A stretch of 62,740 bases of DNA, filler included, from Globobulimina sp. (GCA_003354225.1; 23 parts of 23 records of this genome joined end to end with filler, not necessarily neighbours in it); one strand, 5' to 3'. Numbered from the whole stretch's first letter, positions 46,461 to 58,608 are shown. Made by a program: numbers and translations. Notes: generated by a model not told the origin, from the sequence alone.

Positions 46461-48956
46461 AAGAAACTCAGAACATATGGCTCCAAAGCTGACCTAGTAA
46501 ACCGATTGCTCGCCAAACACCAATTGCATAACAGAAAGATGCCAAGGTCGAGGCGACACAGTTCGATGCAAATGCATTTTAAAACTGTTAAAGCGCCATC
46601 AAAACGACGCAGAGCCTCTGTCACAGAATTAAGCACTGTTTGCAACAAAAAAGATCCGCACAATATAAATGTCGAAAAATTGTTAAAAGAACATAAGAAA
46701 TCAACAATGAAATCAAAAGGCTACAAAAACATAATAACAATGAAATCTGCCCATAATAGTACAACAAATAAAAATATTCTACAAAAACACAGAAAAAGAG
46801 GGAAAATTACATATCATCAGTTGCCACCACATAAATATACAGAAATGAACGATGATAATAAAGCGAACCATGCTGACAATGATGCATCTGAGCGTATTGT
46901 CGATTTATTGCATATTTACAATAAATGGATGAATGCTAAAAAGAAAAAAAGTATTTATTCAGTTGTTTGTGACTATTATTCATCAAATAATACCAACGCA
47001 TTTTTCAAGGATTATAACTCTATCATTCATACCATGGACAAAAGTAAAATATACAGAAACTACAAAAACAAATGTTCAGTAGAAACGTGTTTGTGTTTAC
47101 GACGGAATTATCGGAATACGTTTGTTTTGAGCAACGATAACGAACAACGATTGTCGCTGTATTATGGCTTCAACGATGAAGCCGATATTGTTATTATTAT
47201 GTTATTGGATATCGTTCATAATCAAATCTATCATATTTTTGATTGTGGCCTGAGATGTTATGATGAGACTGACGAGAAACAGGGAACAGCAGCAAATATA
47301 TTAAAATTGAAAAGCTTGAAACATAAAATCAAAAAACAACGAGCTGAGTTTGACGCAATTTATGGTGACCACACTCAGAATAAATTTGTGTCAAACTTCA
47401 ACACAAATATATCCACTGATAAATATGTTACATTTTCCGGTGGGCTCAGGTTTTATTATCACGAACGATATCAACATCTCAACACACAAAGCGACAAAAT
47501 AGGCTCTAATTTGGTTGACGATGGAAATTCGGGATATTCTATTTGTGACTGGTTCATCCGAGCAAAATATGCCGATTTAAAAACAGAAATGCTGCGGAAC
47601 AAAATGTTTGTTTTTTCGGTGAATCAGTGGAAGAACACGTTTTTGAAAGCAAAGTTAAAATGGAACCAACATCGGAGCTATGTCAATAAAACGCGTTCAA
47701 TATGGCATAAACTATACGGATTTGGGGATGATAGCACCATTACATTGAAACATATAATATGTCTTTTACTATATACTAATTTTGATTATTTATGTTCGAA
47801 ATTTACTGCTTCGTTTCGTAAATGGAGTGAAGTGGTAAATAATGATGACGATGATGCTAAGAATAATGCATCGAATGTATCTGAGAGTGATGAGGAATTA
47901 AAGAGGAAACACGCTCATTATGTGAATTGGGCGAAGGGATTGAAAGAATGCGTTGAAGTGTTTGGAACTGTATTAAGTGAATCGAAATATGGTGAATTTT
48001 ATAGAGGGATGAATGTTAAATTGCTCTTTGATACACTTTCAGTTCGATTTTGTGGACCAACGTCAAGCAGCATTTTCCAGGACGTTGCGATTAATTTTGC
48101 TGTGGATGGGATAGTATTAACTGTACGAAATGATAGGAGTGCGGTGACTTATTTTAATTGCATTCCATTTTCAGATTTTCCGGGTGAAGGAGAGATGCTA
48201 TTTATGGCTGGATTTAATGCATTGCAAATAATTGGATTGAAAGATATGTCGATACCGCAGGATTATGATGAATATATTCGAGCGATACGCGTATTTGAGA
48301 GCTGTTTGCAAGGCGTGGCGTCTTCAGATGCGGTGACTGATTTATATTATACTAAAATAAAACGGTTAGTGTATTGCAGGATATCTGCGAAAAAAAGATA
48401 TTTGCAGATTGCAGAGTATATTGTGGATCTTTTTAATCATTTATGTGAAGCATTTGATTCGATACAAATTGATGTTGCTATGTTTGAACAAGATTTAATT
48501 GTTTCGGATGTTTATCGTTATGGATATAAGCCATTATCATCCATATTTTTTAGATCATTGGAAGAGCCAGAATCGGGGCAATGGATTAAGTTGCGTCTTT
48601 TGCATAAATTGTTGCCACAAATAAAAGGAATTGTGGTGAAAAGTGTAGATAAATGTACGTTATGTCAATCAACAATGATCACAGATTATATTTTAGAGGA
48701 TATTCATGAGGTTTTGGCGAGTTGGCAGTTGAAATTAGGAATTAGTGTTTTTAAACCATTGAATGATATAATTTCGTTACAGTCGTTGATAAATAAGCAT
48801 ATGGATAAATTTTTAAAAATCGGATACGTTCTACAAATTATTGAAGATAATCATGAACGATATGGAAATTATTATGCATTGGGTATACTTTGCATGTCGG
48901 AGGATAACGATAAAAAACTATCAAATCGTTGGAGGACTCTTGCAAATACTATTTAA
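46461..48956 (+). CDS. SAP-motif + R-S-E type ADP-ribosyltransferase-like protein (5' truncated)
   Basis: Frame is open from the contig edge: KKLRTYGSKADLVNRLL (SAP C-terminal half). ART-like: LLLYT, FYRGM, GPTSSS..VAINFA, SDFPGEGEMLF. Confidence 0.65.
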   Translation, partial: KKLRTYGSKADLVNRLLAKHQLHNRKMPRSRRHSSMQMHFKTVKAPSKRRRASVTELSTVCNKKDPHNINVEKLLKEHKKSTMKSKGYKNIITMKSAHNSTTNKNILQKHRKRGKITYHQLPPHKYTEMNDDNKANHADNDASERIVDLLHIYNKWMNAKKKKSIYSVVCDYYSSNNTNAFFKDYNSIIHTMDKSKIYRNYKNKCSVETCLCLRRNYRNTFVLSNDNEQRLSLYYGFNDEADIVIIMLLDIVHNQIYHIFDCGLRCYDETDEKQGTAANILKLKSLKHKIKKQRAEFDAIYGDHTQNKFVSNFNTNISTDKYVTFSGGLRFYYHERYQHLNTQSDKIGSNLVDDGNSGYSICDWFIRAKYADLKTEMLRNKMFVFSVNQWKNTFLKAKLKWNQHRSYVNKTRSIWHKLYGFGDDSTITLKHIICLLLYTNFDYLCSKFTASFRKWSEVVNNDDDDAKNNASNVSESDEELKRKHAHYVNWAKGLKECVEVFGTVLSESKYGEFYRGMNVKLLFDTLSVRFCGPTSSSIFQDVAINFAVDGIVLTVRNDRSAVTYFNCIPFSDFPGEGEMLFMAGFNALQIIGLKDMSIPQDYDEYIRAIRVFESCLQGVASSDAVTDLYYTKIKRLVYCRISAKKRYLQIAEYIVDLFNHLCEAFDSIQIDVAMFEQDLIVSDVYRYGYKPLSSIFFRSLEEPESGQWIKLRLLHKLLPQIKGIVVKSVDKCTLCQSTMITDYILEDIHEVLASWQLKLGISVFKPLNDIISLQSLINKHMDKFLKIGYVLQIIEDNHERYGNYYALGILCMSEDNDKKLSNRWRTLANTI

Positions 48957-49210
48957 CAATAAACTATTTTTTAATGAATATAACACTTTATATACACGTT
49001 GGGAATGGATCGCCTGTTTAAATAATAACTCCTAGTGCACCTAAACTAATTTCTCACTTCTAAATTCTAAAAGTAAAAGAATGTCGGAGGANNNNNNNNN
49101 NNNNNNNNNNNNNNNNNNNNNNNNNNNNNNNNNNNTTAATTAATTAANNNNNNNNNNNNNNNNNNNNNNNNNNNNNNNNNNNNNNNNNNNNAAAAAAAAA
49201 CTTAGTTCAA

Positions 49211-50128
49211 TCACAAAAAAAAAACTTGAAAATGAAAATAAAAATCACCTCCAAATCTGCCTTGATTTCTCGCATTTTGAAAAATATTCATAATTTGATT
49301 TAATCCATTCATGCCATTCGATAATGGGCCGCGAGAATAATTTCTTAATCTATTTACATTATTCGCTCCATACTGTGTTCCTCGTATTGCTCTTTGACAC
49401 ATATTATGCGACAAATAATTTTGAGCCATCATTGGCGACCCATAATATGGCGGTTCTTGACGATAAATAGCAACGGTACGATCCGATACATTTCCAATTT
49501 GTTGCTTATTCATAGACGGTGGAGGCAATACATTTAGACTCAGATTCGAATTCGTATTATTTGCAATTGGCTGTATTTGTTGTTTTTGTTGTTTCTCTGC
49601 CTCCAACGCCACATTTTTTTCTTTTGCTGCTTTCTCTGCCTCCAACGCCACAATTTTTTGCCGCAATTCTTGTAATTCATCTTCTTTTTTTTGTTTTTCT
49701 CGTTGAATTTGTTGCGAATTTTCATATTCATCAAATATGCCCATTCCAAGCATCATTTCTAATTCACTGTCTTTGATGTAATCTCCTTTTAAATGCTTAT
49801 TTGCCTGTTTTTGCTCAGTTTGTGGCGGTGCCTTGTTATTATTTGTTGCGTTTTGTCGACGCATTCCAAAGCCCGGCGGTTGATCTTCATTATTATTATA
49901 ATTTGGATTCGTTGCTTGTTCACAGATTAAGCAACATTTCCTTTCTGGGGCATTTGTATATGTACATATTCTACAATCCCAATGCGGCTGTTCTGCCATT
50001 TGCAGCTGTTGTGATTGCGGCTGTTGTGATTGCAATGGTTGTAATACATCCATCGGCGACGAGATAGTTGCTATATACACAGCAAACAGAAAGATGAAAT
50101 CCATGATAAAAACAAAAAACTTTGCCAA
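49211..50128 (-). CDS. RanBP2-type zinc finger, Q/N-rich protein
   Basis: WDCRICTYTNAPERKCCLIC fits W-x-C-x2-C-x3-N-x6-C-x2-C. Confidence 0.75.
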   Translation of the reverse strand: MAKFFVFIMDFIFLFAVYIATISSPMDVLQPLQSQQPQSQQLQMAEQPHWDCRICTYTNAPERKCCLICEQATNPNYNNNEDQPPGFGMRRQNATNNNKAPPQTEQKQANKHLKGDYIKDSELEMMLGMGIFDEYENSQQIQREKQKKEDELQELRQKIVALEAEKAAKEKNVALEAEKQQKQQIQPIANNTNSNLSLNVLPPPSMNKQQIGNVSDRTVAIYRQEPPYYGSPMMAQNYLSHNMCQRAIRGTQYGANNVNRLRNYSRGPLSNGMNGLNQIMNIFQNARNQGRFGGDFYFHFQVFFL

Positions 50129-50298
50129 GCTGAAAAAGTTAAGCTTGTAAAATGCGCATTTTTCTTGGAAACCGCACAGAAACGTTACCCGCTCTGATCT
50201 GAAAACGTCATATCAGTTCTCGACGTCGTCTCGAACAGAAATAACGTTTTACGATCATCGGCAATTTGAACGTATACAAACACACAAAATATATACAA

Positions 50299-50377
50299 AG
50301 TACTCGGCAAAGCCTCGTAACATTTATAGTTTATGTTACGCAGTACTCGGCAAAGCCTCGTAACCTTTATAGTTTAT
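50299..50377. repeat. 36-bp direct repeat x2
   Basis: AGTACTCGGCAAAGCCTCGTAAC(A/C)TTTATAGTTTAT at 50299-50334 and 50342-50377. Confidence 0.95.
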
Positions 50378-51397
50378 AAAAAATACACAAAACCATACCC
50401 GAAACTTGTCGTAACACTGTAAAAAAAATGCAGTACTTTTTACATGCTTTCCTCTGCGTTGCATAAAATGTGCAATGGAATTAAAAAATAATGTTTTCTT
50501 TTTGGCGTATATCGCTTTTATATGCTTATTCTTTTTGTTTTTTCTTCGGGTATTTTTTAAACCCTTTGGATAATCAATTTTAATGTCTCGTGAATGGACG
50601 CCGTCTTTACGTAAATGAAAATGTTTAATGTCATATTTTCTTAATCCTCGGCCGCCTCTATGGAAGCGATGCAAATAAATCTGACTGAAAATGATAGATA
50701 ATAGATCCAACGGAGTCGTATTTGTTGTCAATACATTAATATTTGCATAAATCTTTCTAATCTGTGATGGTGCCAATGAGTCTTTTTCTTTGTCTTCGTT
50801 CGGATTATCTAAATAAATTTGATTATCATACAATAAATCTGCAATAATTTCACGTGTTTTCCGATAGATTGAGTATACACTGCTTTTCACATCGATAGTT
50901 TTCGGATTTCGCGCTGTGTCATCGATATCATTCACATTTTGCGCTCCTTCGATTTGATTATGTGATAAATCCAATATCATTCGATTTAATCCGCCAATTA
51001 ATTGCGAACATTTGGTGCCAAATGCACCCTCTTTATAAAATAATAAATTATTTGGTGGTGGCACGAAAATATATGCCTTTCCTCTCGCCGCCTTACACCG
51101 TGCTAATATATCAAATGGCGGTGTTTTCATCATTCCCGGTCGGTATAATCTAATAAAATACGCGAGATATTTGGCAATTTGCCATTCCTCGCATTGTAAT
51201 AATTGCTGTGCACCACCACTTAACTGTTTAATTCCTTTAAAATTTGATATCTCATCAACATATGGCTCTGATTGAGTAAGCCACCAATTCAGGCATTTAA
51301 TCGCATGCTCTGACCCAGATACTGTACTTGCCCGTGGATTCACTGTAAATGTTGACATATTCTTTTTCAGTGACTCAAAATCCTTTTTTTTCATCAA
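50336..51397 (-). mobile_element. Crypton/DUF3504-like tyrosine recombinase (N-terminal and first catalytic part)
   Basis: LAYFIRLYR..LNRMI, TPLDLLSIIFSQIYLHRFHRGG (box I Arg), KGLKN (Lys), FMQRRG..AFFLQ. The H-x-x-R and Tyr boxes were not found. Confidence 0.55.
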
Positions 51398-51424
51398 GTA
51401 AATCTTATGCTTTGTTATTCAGTG

Positions 51425-51602
51425 GCAACAAAAAGGAATACAATCAATAAAATGACTGTATCATTTATTCTCGAACCCGTTGGGTTCTCTAAACATTTTA
51501 TTATTCGTTTTATGATATTATTTTGCAACAAAAAGGAATACAATCAATAAAATGACTGTATCATTTATTCTCGAACCCGTTGGGTTCTCTAAACATTTTA
51601 TT
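51425..51602. repeat. 78-bp direct repeat x2, each with a small hairpin
   Basis: 51425-51502 identical to 51525-51602; internal GAACCC-GTT-GGGTTC. Confidence 0.95.
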
Positions 51603-52899
51603 GTCTAAAAATAGTATTCGGCTTCGCCTCATACTATTTTTCGTTTTTATTACAATCTGAAATTTCGCATTAAAAATAAATAAAAAAGTTATACAGAAAA
51701 TAATCCCATAAACACACATAATGTATACAAAATAGTTAAATAAAATCTGCTTTTTCAAGAAACTATATATTCTGTTTTTTTCTCGGATCGTTTATAGTTA
51801 ATATCCCTCGAGTTTCTTGAANNNNNNNNNNNNNNNNNNNNNNNNNNNNNNNNNNNNNNNNNNNNTTAATTAATTAANNNNNNNNNNNNNNNNNNNNNNN
51901 NNNNNNNNNNNNNNNNNNNNNAGTTTTTTTTAAGATTACAAACAATATAAGGGATAGTAGCAAAACTAAGAACGAAAATTTCGCCGAAATTTTTTGTTTC
52001 TTCCAAAATACCGGCTTTTTCCCCGAATTTTTGGGTCACACATTTCCGTCAATATTTCGGACTTTAAGTAGAGTCCTGGAAGTGGAAAAAAAATTTTTGC
52101 CTCACTGGTATTCACCACTAAAAAAATGAGATCGGCTCCGTTGCTTTTTCCAATATTTTCAATTTGTTCCGTTCGGCTCGCCTCGCCCAACATTTTGATC
52201 GGTTCCACTCGATTCGTTGGCATCATAAAAAAAGGTCAATTTTCAATCTTTTTTCCAGAATTTTGGTATCTTCATCAATTTTTTACTTCATCTCTTACAA
52301 AATTGAACATTAATAGTCTAAAACTAGTAAAAACCACCTTAAATTTCATCAATATATTTGGATTTTTCCATACAGCTGAGCTCGGATTCGCTTCAACTTG
52401 GAAATTGAAAGGCTCCGCTCAGCTAAGGCTTGCCAGATACTTGAAATGTTAACCCTTTCCTTCACACCTCGGCCCTTGAGGGCCGAATTCTTTGTCGCAA
52501 CCTTTTTTATTTTTGAGACGAAATTTAGTCATAACCTAGGGTGACTGGATTTATAGGTCTTAACTCGTTTGTCGAAAAGTTTGTCTTAACTGAAAATTTC
52601 AGATTTTACCAACTAGAAATTTGTAGTCTTAACTAGTTTTTTTCAGACAATTTTCCTCAGAGGTGAGACGACATTGGTTGAGAGAAGGACAAATGCAAGT
52701 TAAGAACAAATGATTTACTTGAGACTTGGTTTTCATCTCAACATTGGACAAAAATTATGTTAGTTATGACAACGGAACCGAAATGAAAGACAAACGCAAA
52801 TCATAAAAGTTGTGACAAAAAATAGTAGTTACGACAATTTGTAAACAGTTATGACATACGGCATTGTTATGAAAAAGTATTAAAAATTAATATTGTATC

Positions 52900-53829
52900 A
52901 CTTTTGATATCTGTACCGTTCAATGATTTCTTGAGTGGAAACATATTTCTCCTCTTCAAATTTTGACAACACATAACCGGTAAACCCGGGCAAACCCATT
53001 GACCTACCTTCTACAAAAGGAAGTCACAATAAGTAAAAGAAAATGGAAATTTCATAAAGATTATTACCCAGTGCCATCCAACAACAACTCGATTTCACAA
53101 ATTTTTTGCGCAAGTTGTGAGCCACAATTTCTGGGAATTCTACTTCACCATTATTGAACAGTACCACAGGAATTACGAGTGGTGGATACTGACAAATATC
53201 ATTGCTTTGAATTGCATAAATGTCTTCCGTTCTTGCCAAACCAGTATGACCCCAATCGACGTAATAGATCTGCAATAGAACTTTTATATATAGCCATTGC
53301 CGAGAAACGTTACCATACTTTAACAATTCCCGGTGCTGGCTTCGCAATGATGATCGTCCTATACAATTCTTCATCTCCGTCCCATCGGCATAACAGTAAA
53401 CGATTTCTATCCGGTGTTGTTTGCTGTAAACGTTCTTTTTGGATTTTATCGGCCAGTTCGTTACGTCTGTCATTGTTTGGATCCGGACAAACGAACATTC
53501 TGTTGCCATCTATAACGATAACGCACTACAAAATTTTACTAAACCTGTCAAACGATTTACCTTTTTCCACAAATATGGGCCTACAAACGTCGAAATCATT
53601 GACCCATGAGTTCAATACATACGGATTAGGCACTCCATCAACACGGAAAATTGTTCGACGCTCGTTGTTTCCTGCCGGCTGCTCTATCACTGCTTTACCT
53701 TCGCTGTAGCGACACGTCCCCGGGACTCCTCCTATAACATATTGTCTAACTGAAAATTTAGAAACAAAATTCCGTCATAATCTTACCAAGATTGAGCTCG
53801 AATGGTGCATTATTTTTGTTGTAAGCCAT
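52900..53829 (-). CDS. Tudor-domain protein with very short introns (metazoan/nematode-like); 3' end approximate
   Basis: LLCRWDGDEELYRTIII..IVK|IYYVDWGH..EDIYAI..QYPP. Introns of about 37-50 nt, e.g. 53786-53750 ending TTTTCAG. Confidence 0.75.
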
Positions 53830-54713
53830 ATTCTCTAGCATTCACTACAAACTGTACAGAAACCACGGAAATACAATCAAAATATTAAAGTTTTACGTTT
53901 CTAAATTAAAAACGTAGAACCAGAGAGGCGAAAACGAACGTTTTACATATTTTTGGTAAATATTGATTCTGCGCCGCAATTTCAAAAAATCCTGCAATAA
54001 TTCATAGCTCTATTCATGATCTGACATTGACGTTGAGTACCTGTTTGTGTATGAGAACCGATAAAGCAACTGACACTATGAAGTAGTAATGTCAACAGAT
54101 GCGTCTAGTGCTTTATATTACACCTCTCATAAATGATGCATTGATTTTTGCAAAATCGGAAAGCATGGAAAGAGAAATTTTCGAGCGAATTTTTCGGACA
54201 CAAATCTAAAATTTTCCTGGTTAGTTTTCTTTTTACCCCTAACAGACGAAGAGTTTAACGATCTATAAGTAGATAAGGCGTATTCAGACGAAACAAAGTT
54301 TTGCGCAAGATTTCTCTAATTGCGTAAATTAGTAAAAGATATTAGATACGGTATCAATTAGCAACATCTAAAAACCGTATTATGTGATAAATTTTAAACA
54401 GCGCCTATAACATATCTTACGAATTTCTATAAATATGTTTGCACTAATAATTGATTAGTTTTTAATTTTTGCAAATTTACATAGTTGTACGAATAACAGG
54501 TGTAATTAAATTAAAACATATTCACATACAGTGCAACAAAATATTTCGTTANNNNNNNNNNNNNNNNNNNNNNNNNNNNNNNNNNNNNNNNNNNNTTAAT
54601 TAATTAANNNNNNNNNNNNNNNNNNNNNNNNNNNNNNNNNNNNNNNNNNNNTTGAAACCGACAGAAACATAAATTGTCAAAGTTATAAATTTGAAATCAA
54701 AAAAGAAAGAAAA

Positions 54714-56856
54714 ATGAGTAAAAGTGTAACACCAAATTTTGAATGGGATGAAATCAAAGAATGGTTACAAGAATTAAATTATTCAAATTATTCGCAATTA
54801 TTTGGCGATGGCGGCTATGATTTATGGGAAATAATTTACGATCTAAGCATGACCGATTTAACATCGCTTGGCATCTTACCGGGCCATGCAAAGCGGATTG
54901 AAAACAAACTAAAATTAAAAAAAGCAAAAGAAGAAAAAGAGGGAAAGACCATCAAACATAAAAACAAAAAAAGGCATATTGCAAATATCGCCGCATCCAC
55001 TAAGCAAAATGAAATAAAATTACAATTAACGCAAAAACAGCAACACCAACAACAGATTTTAGCAGCTCAACAATTACAGCAATTAGCAGCAGAAGGGAGG
55101 AGACGTAAAATACGCGAAAGATTCCAACAAAATGCCTTATTTGCCGGTGGCATTAAAAATAAATTATTCGAGACTATGACCCGTGTTTTAAATGGCTTAC
55201 AACAGGAATTAATTCAATATAACGGCAAATTCGCCGAACCAATCAATGAAATGAATCAACGCATTGTGGCTTTACAGAAATTGGATGTACACAATTTAGA
55301 CGGCATTTGGGATAGCAATGATGGCTTATTTGAGCCAATGATGCGAAATGTCAGAGATATAAAGAAATTCAATGCAAATATGTGGACCAAAATCAATGAA
55401 TTTCATAATTTGGCTGAATTACAAATTAAGCAAAGCATTAAACAGTTACAATCGCAGATAAATGTCATCAATCAAATGAAGACTCAGTACCTATTAAAGC
55501 AACAACATATGAATGCAATCAAACGGCAGCAACAATTTATTGTAAATAATACGAATAACAGTCGCTACAACCAAGCACCGACGCCGTTGAATACCATAGT
55601 TACAAATAATGCAAATAAAGTAATTAATCAATCAGCAAAAGTTTCAAATGTAAAATATTCAAATATTACGCCAGTGCATGTACCCGTTGCACCACTTAAT
55701 TATAAACAGTTTATTCAACAGCAAAGGGGCGTCAATATAAGCAATGCCATCAATTTAGTAAAGCCAATGGCGGCCAATGTAGAAAGGAAGAAAGAGATTG
55801 TCGTCGTAGAAGAGAAGAAAAAAAGGAAAAAACCAAAGAGTGCAGTCGGGCGGAAACCAGCTTATACATCGGGCGAGTTGCAAATGATGAAAAATTACGA
55901 CAATAAAAAACAAACTGTCGCCGATATCATCGACTTACAACGCAAAATGCAGTCCATTTATGGCATACCACGCAGTGCCTACGGCATTGCACAGAAAATG
56001 TATAGAATGGGTGTATTATCTGCCACATTGCCCAAAAAATTACAAGTTTCGTTTGTTTATATACGATTACAATGATTACATGCGACATCTATATGCGTTT
56101 CATGTTACACAGGCATTACAGGACAAAAAAGACGAAGACAAAATTAAAATCGGTGACGGTATCATGAATGTGCGTAAACCGAGAGGCAAACCGCGTGCAT
56201 TGCCCGGTGTGGCCCATTCAGACTCGTATTATAGTTCCAATTCCAATGATGCTATGTCTTCGAGTTCGGATGATGATATTTCAAGCAATTCCTCCTCGGA
56301 TGACGACGATGATGCCGGTGCACATATACTCTCTTTGTTTGACTATGGTGCGGGCCATATGCATGGCGGAGATAGCAGCGTACCACAAAGAAAGCCGCCG
56401 AGCACCAATCTACGTCGGTATACACAGGATGAAGTTGTTTGTATTAGGAAGTTGATCGACGACTATCCCATGGAAGAAGCAAAGGTGTTATTCAAGAAAT
56501 TCAGGACGAAATTTACATATTGGAAAGATGAGACGGAGGCATACACCAAATTTTATCAAAAGAAATGGAGGCTTTGCAAAGAGAAAGAGACGTTCCATCA
56601 TAACCGGAAGAGGGCGGCACAGCAAGTAAACCAAAATCAAGCGCCGCCGGCAAAGAAATTAAAATTGAAATTGAGGTTAACGGAGAGCAAAGTGGCAATG
56701 TCACCGCTACGTATTCCGAAAATAGAGCCGCGAGCGATAGAATTTGATGCTTCTATTATGCCCAAAATGAATGTCAAGCAAACAAGTCAAGGGAATGCGG
56801 ATAAAACCGATATTATGCCACCTCCATTACCGCCGCCACCAATCAATGGCAAATGA
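54714..56856 (+). CDS. SAM + coiled-coil + two Myb/HTH-like segments (two exons)
   Basis: IKEWLQELNYSNYSQLFGDGGYD..DLTSLGILPGHAKRI (SAM); KPAYTSGELQMM..RSAYGIAQK and RRYTQDEVVCIRKL..KFY (Myb-like, weak); intron about 56046-56112. Confidence 0.65.
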
Positions 56857-56949
56857 AACATTTTCTTTTTTTGTAAGTTATTGGTTTTTAGTTTGTATTT
56901 TGTAATATTCGGCGTTTTGCTTACTTAAAAAACAGTTTTTGTTATCCGT

Positions 56950-57281
56950 TTACTTAACTTTTAGGAAACGTTCGTATAAATGGCCAGAGGCGACACTCAT
57001 AACATGAATAGTGGTTTCTTTGTCCGCTTTGGCATCGATTCGTATTTGCGGTGTGGGTGTTATATAGGTTTCTGCTCTCATATTAAATAACGATTTTAAT
57101 GGATTGTGATCCTCGTCATCAACCTCTCCGTCTTCTTCCTCTGTTTCTGTGGATTGCTCATCGGATGGACCCAATATAGCTGTTTTTATTTTATCCAGAA
57201 ACGATAGACCGGAGTTTGAAGATTCTGGTTCTGGTTTTTTGGAATCTGTACGTTTTTTCTTTCGTTTCTCTAGTTTTTCTT
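56950..57281 (-). CDS. UGGT: UDP-glucose:glycoprotein glucosyltransferase fragment
   Basis: TIHVMSVASGHLYERFLK is the start of the UGGT GT24 catalytic domain. Confidence 0.75.
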
Positions 57282-57381
57282 NNNNNNNNNNNNNNNNNNN
57301 NNNNNNNNNNNNNNNNNNNNNNNNNTTAATTAATTAANNNNNNNNNNNNNNNNNNNNNNNNNNNNNNNNNNNNNNNNNNNN

Positions 57382-57847
57382 AATTTATTCAATCATTTTC
57401 TTTGATGTTTCACTTCTAATGGATAGTGCATTAAATGTCTACTATCTAATAATGGCTATTTATGGTTGGTATGCATGGAAATACGGAGGAAGATTACAAA
57501 ATAATGAACTTGAAGTAAGTACTTATGGTTTAATCAAAAACATCAAAATCATTGCCCTACTTTCGGTAATTTCACTTGTATTCGGATTTATAATGAGTAA
57601 CTATACTAGTGCAGATTTTGCATATATTGACTCTTTTACTACTATATTTGCAGTATTCTCTACATATATGTTAGCTCAAAAAATACTGGAGAACTGGATA
57701 TATTGGATAGTTATTGATTTTATTTCTATTTATATCTATATTCAAAAAGGTCTAAATCTGACAGCTATCTTATTTGTAATTTATACAATTTTAGCCTTTG
57801 TTGCATACAGAAGATGGAAAGTAGAGTATGAAACTTCAAAAGCTTAA
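57382..57847 (+). CDS. pnuC: Bacterial PnuC-family vitamin (nicotinamide riboside/thiamine) transporter, 5' truncated
   Basis: LNVYYLIMAIYGWYAW, YIDSFTT, MLAQKILENWIYWIVID. Confidence 0.88.
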
Positions 57848-57935
57848 AAAATACGAACTATTTTCAAATGAAGAGTTGTTAAATCTAAAACTATTAAAAA
57901 CTCAAGGTTTATGTAACACAATATATAAATTAAAG
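57828..57935 (+). CDS. Start of bacterial choline/thiamine-kinase-like gene overlapping pnuC (cut at a chimeric junction)
   Basis: ATG at 57828 gives MKLQKLKKYELFSNEELLNLKLLKTQGLCNTIYKL; overlaps the pnuC stop as in an operon. Confidence 0.5.
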
Positions 57936-58608
57936 AAAACGATACTATGCCGGTAGAAACAGCGAAAACAGCGCGGTAATTAAAAAAGTGAACAATAATA
58001 CCAGTTATTATGGGACCAGCAAGGTACGAAAATCCACCCACTACATAGAGGTAGCTTGTATATTTTATTGCATATTCATTTGGTAAATATTTGGCAAAAA
58101 AAGCTAACGATAATGAGACTATCCCACCAGTTGAGGCCAGCAGCATTGTTCCAATAACTAATACATTGAAATTTGGAGCATTCCATTCGACCGCGGCAGC
58201 ACCCACACGAACAACAGTTAAAACTGCAGCAAGTGTATCATATCGATACGTGTCTCCAATTGTGGCCCAAAACATTGCACTCGCTCCTTGCATAAAATAG
58301 CACGCATATACTACAAATCCCAATATGGTCGTGTTATTTTGCCCTAAGCTCTGTGCATATAAAATCCAAACATACCAACGCATCGTTCCATAAATTGCAA
58401 GTGGCACAATTATGAAACACCAATATTTTGCCAGGCGTAATGATTCAGCAAGTACTTTATTATGATCTTCTATCGATGGGAGTGAAACTAAATCATTGTA
58501 CTCAAAACCAGAGTCAATATGTCTCTTTTTACTGCTGGCTAGATGTGAACCAACTACTTGACTGGGATAATGCAGAGCAAGTGATGACTCTATGATACCC
58601 GCACTCAT
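57905..58608 (-). CDS. MFS transporter N-terminal half (truncated at the junction)
   Basis: WATIGDTYRYD (motif A-like), LAGPIITGII..YRAVF; six TM helices. Confidence 0.75.

Noticed and set aside
52449-52486. TTAACCCTTT plus TCGGCCC/GGGCCGA hairpin as a piggyBac-type end
   Set aside because: No matching opposite terminus found within the contig.
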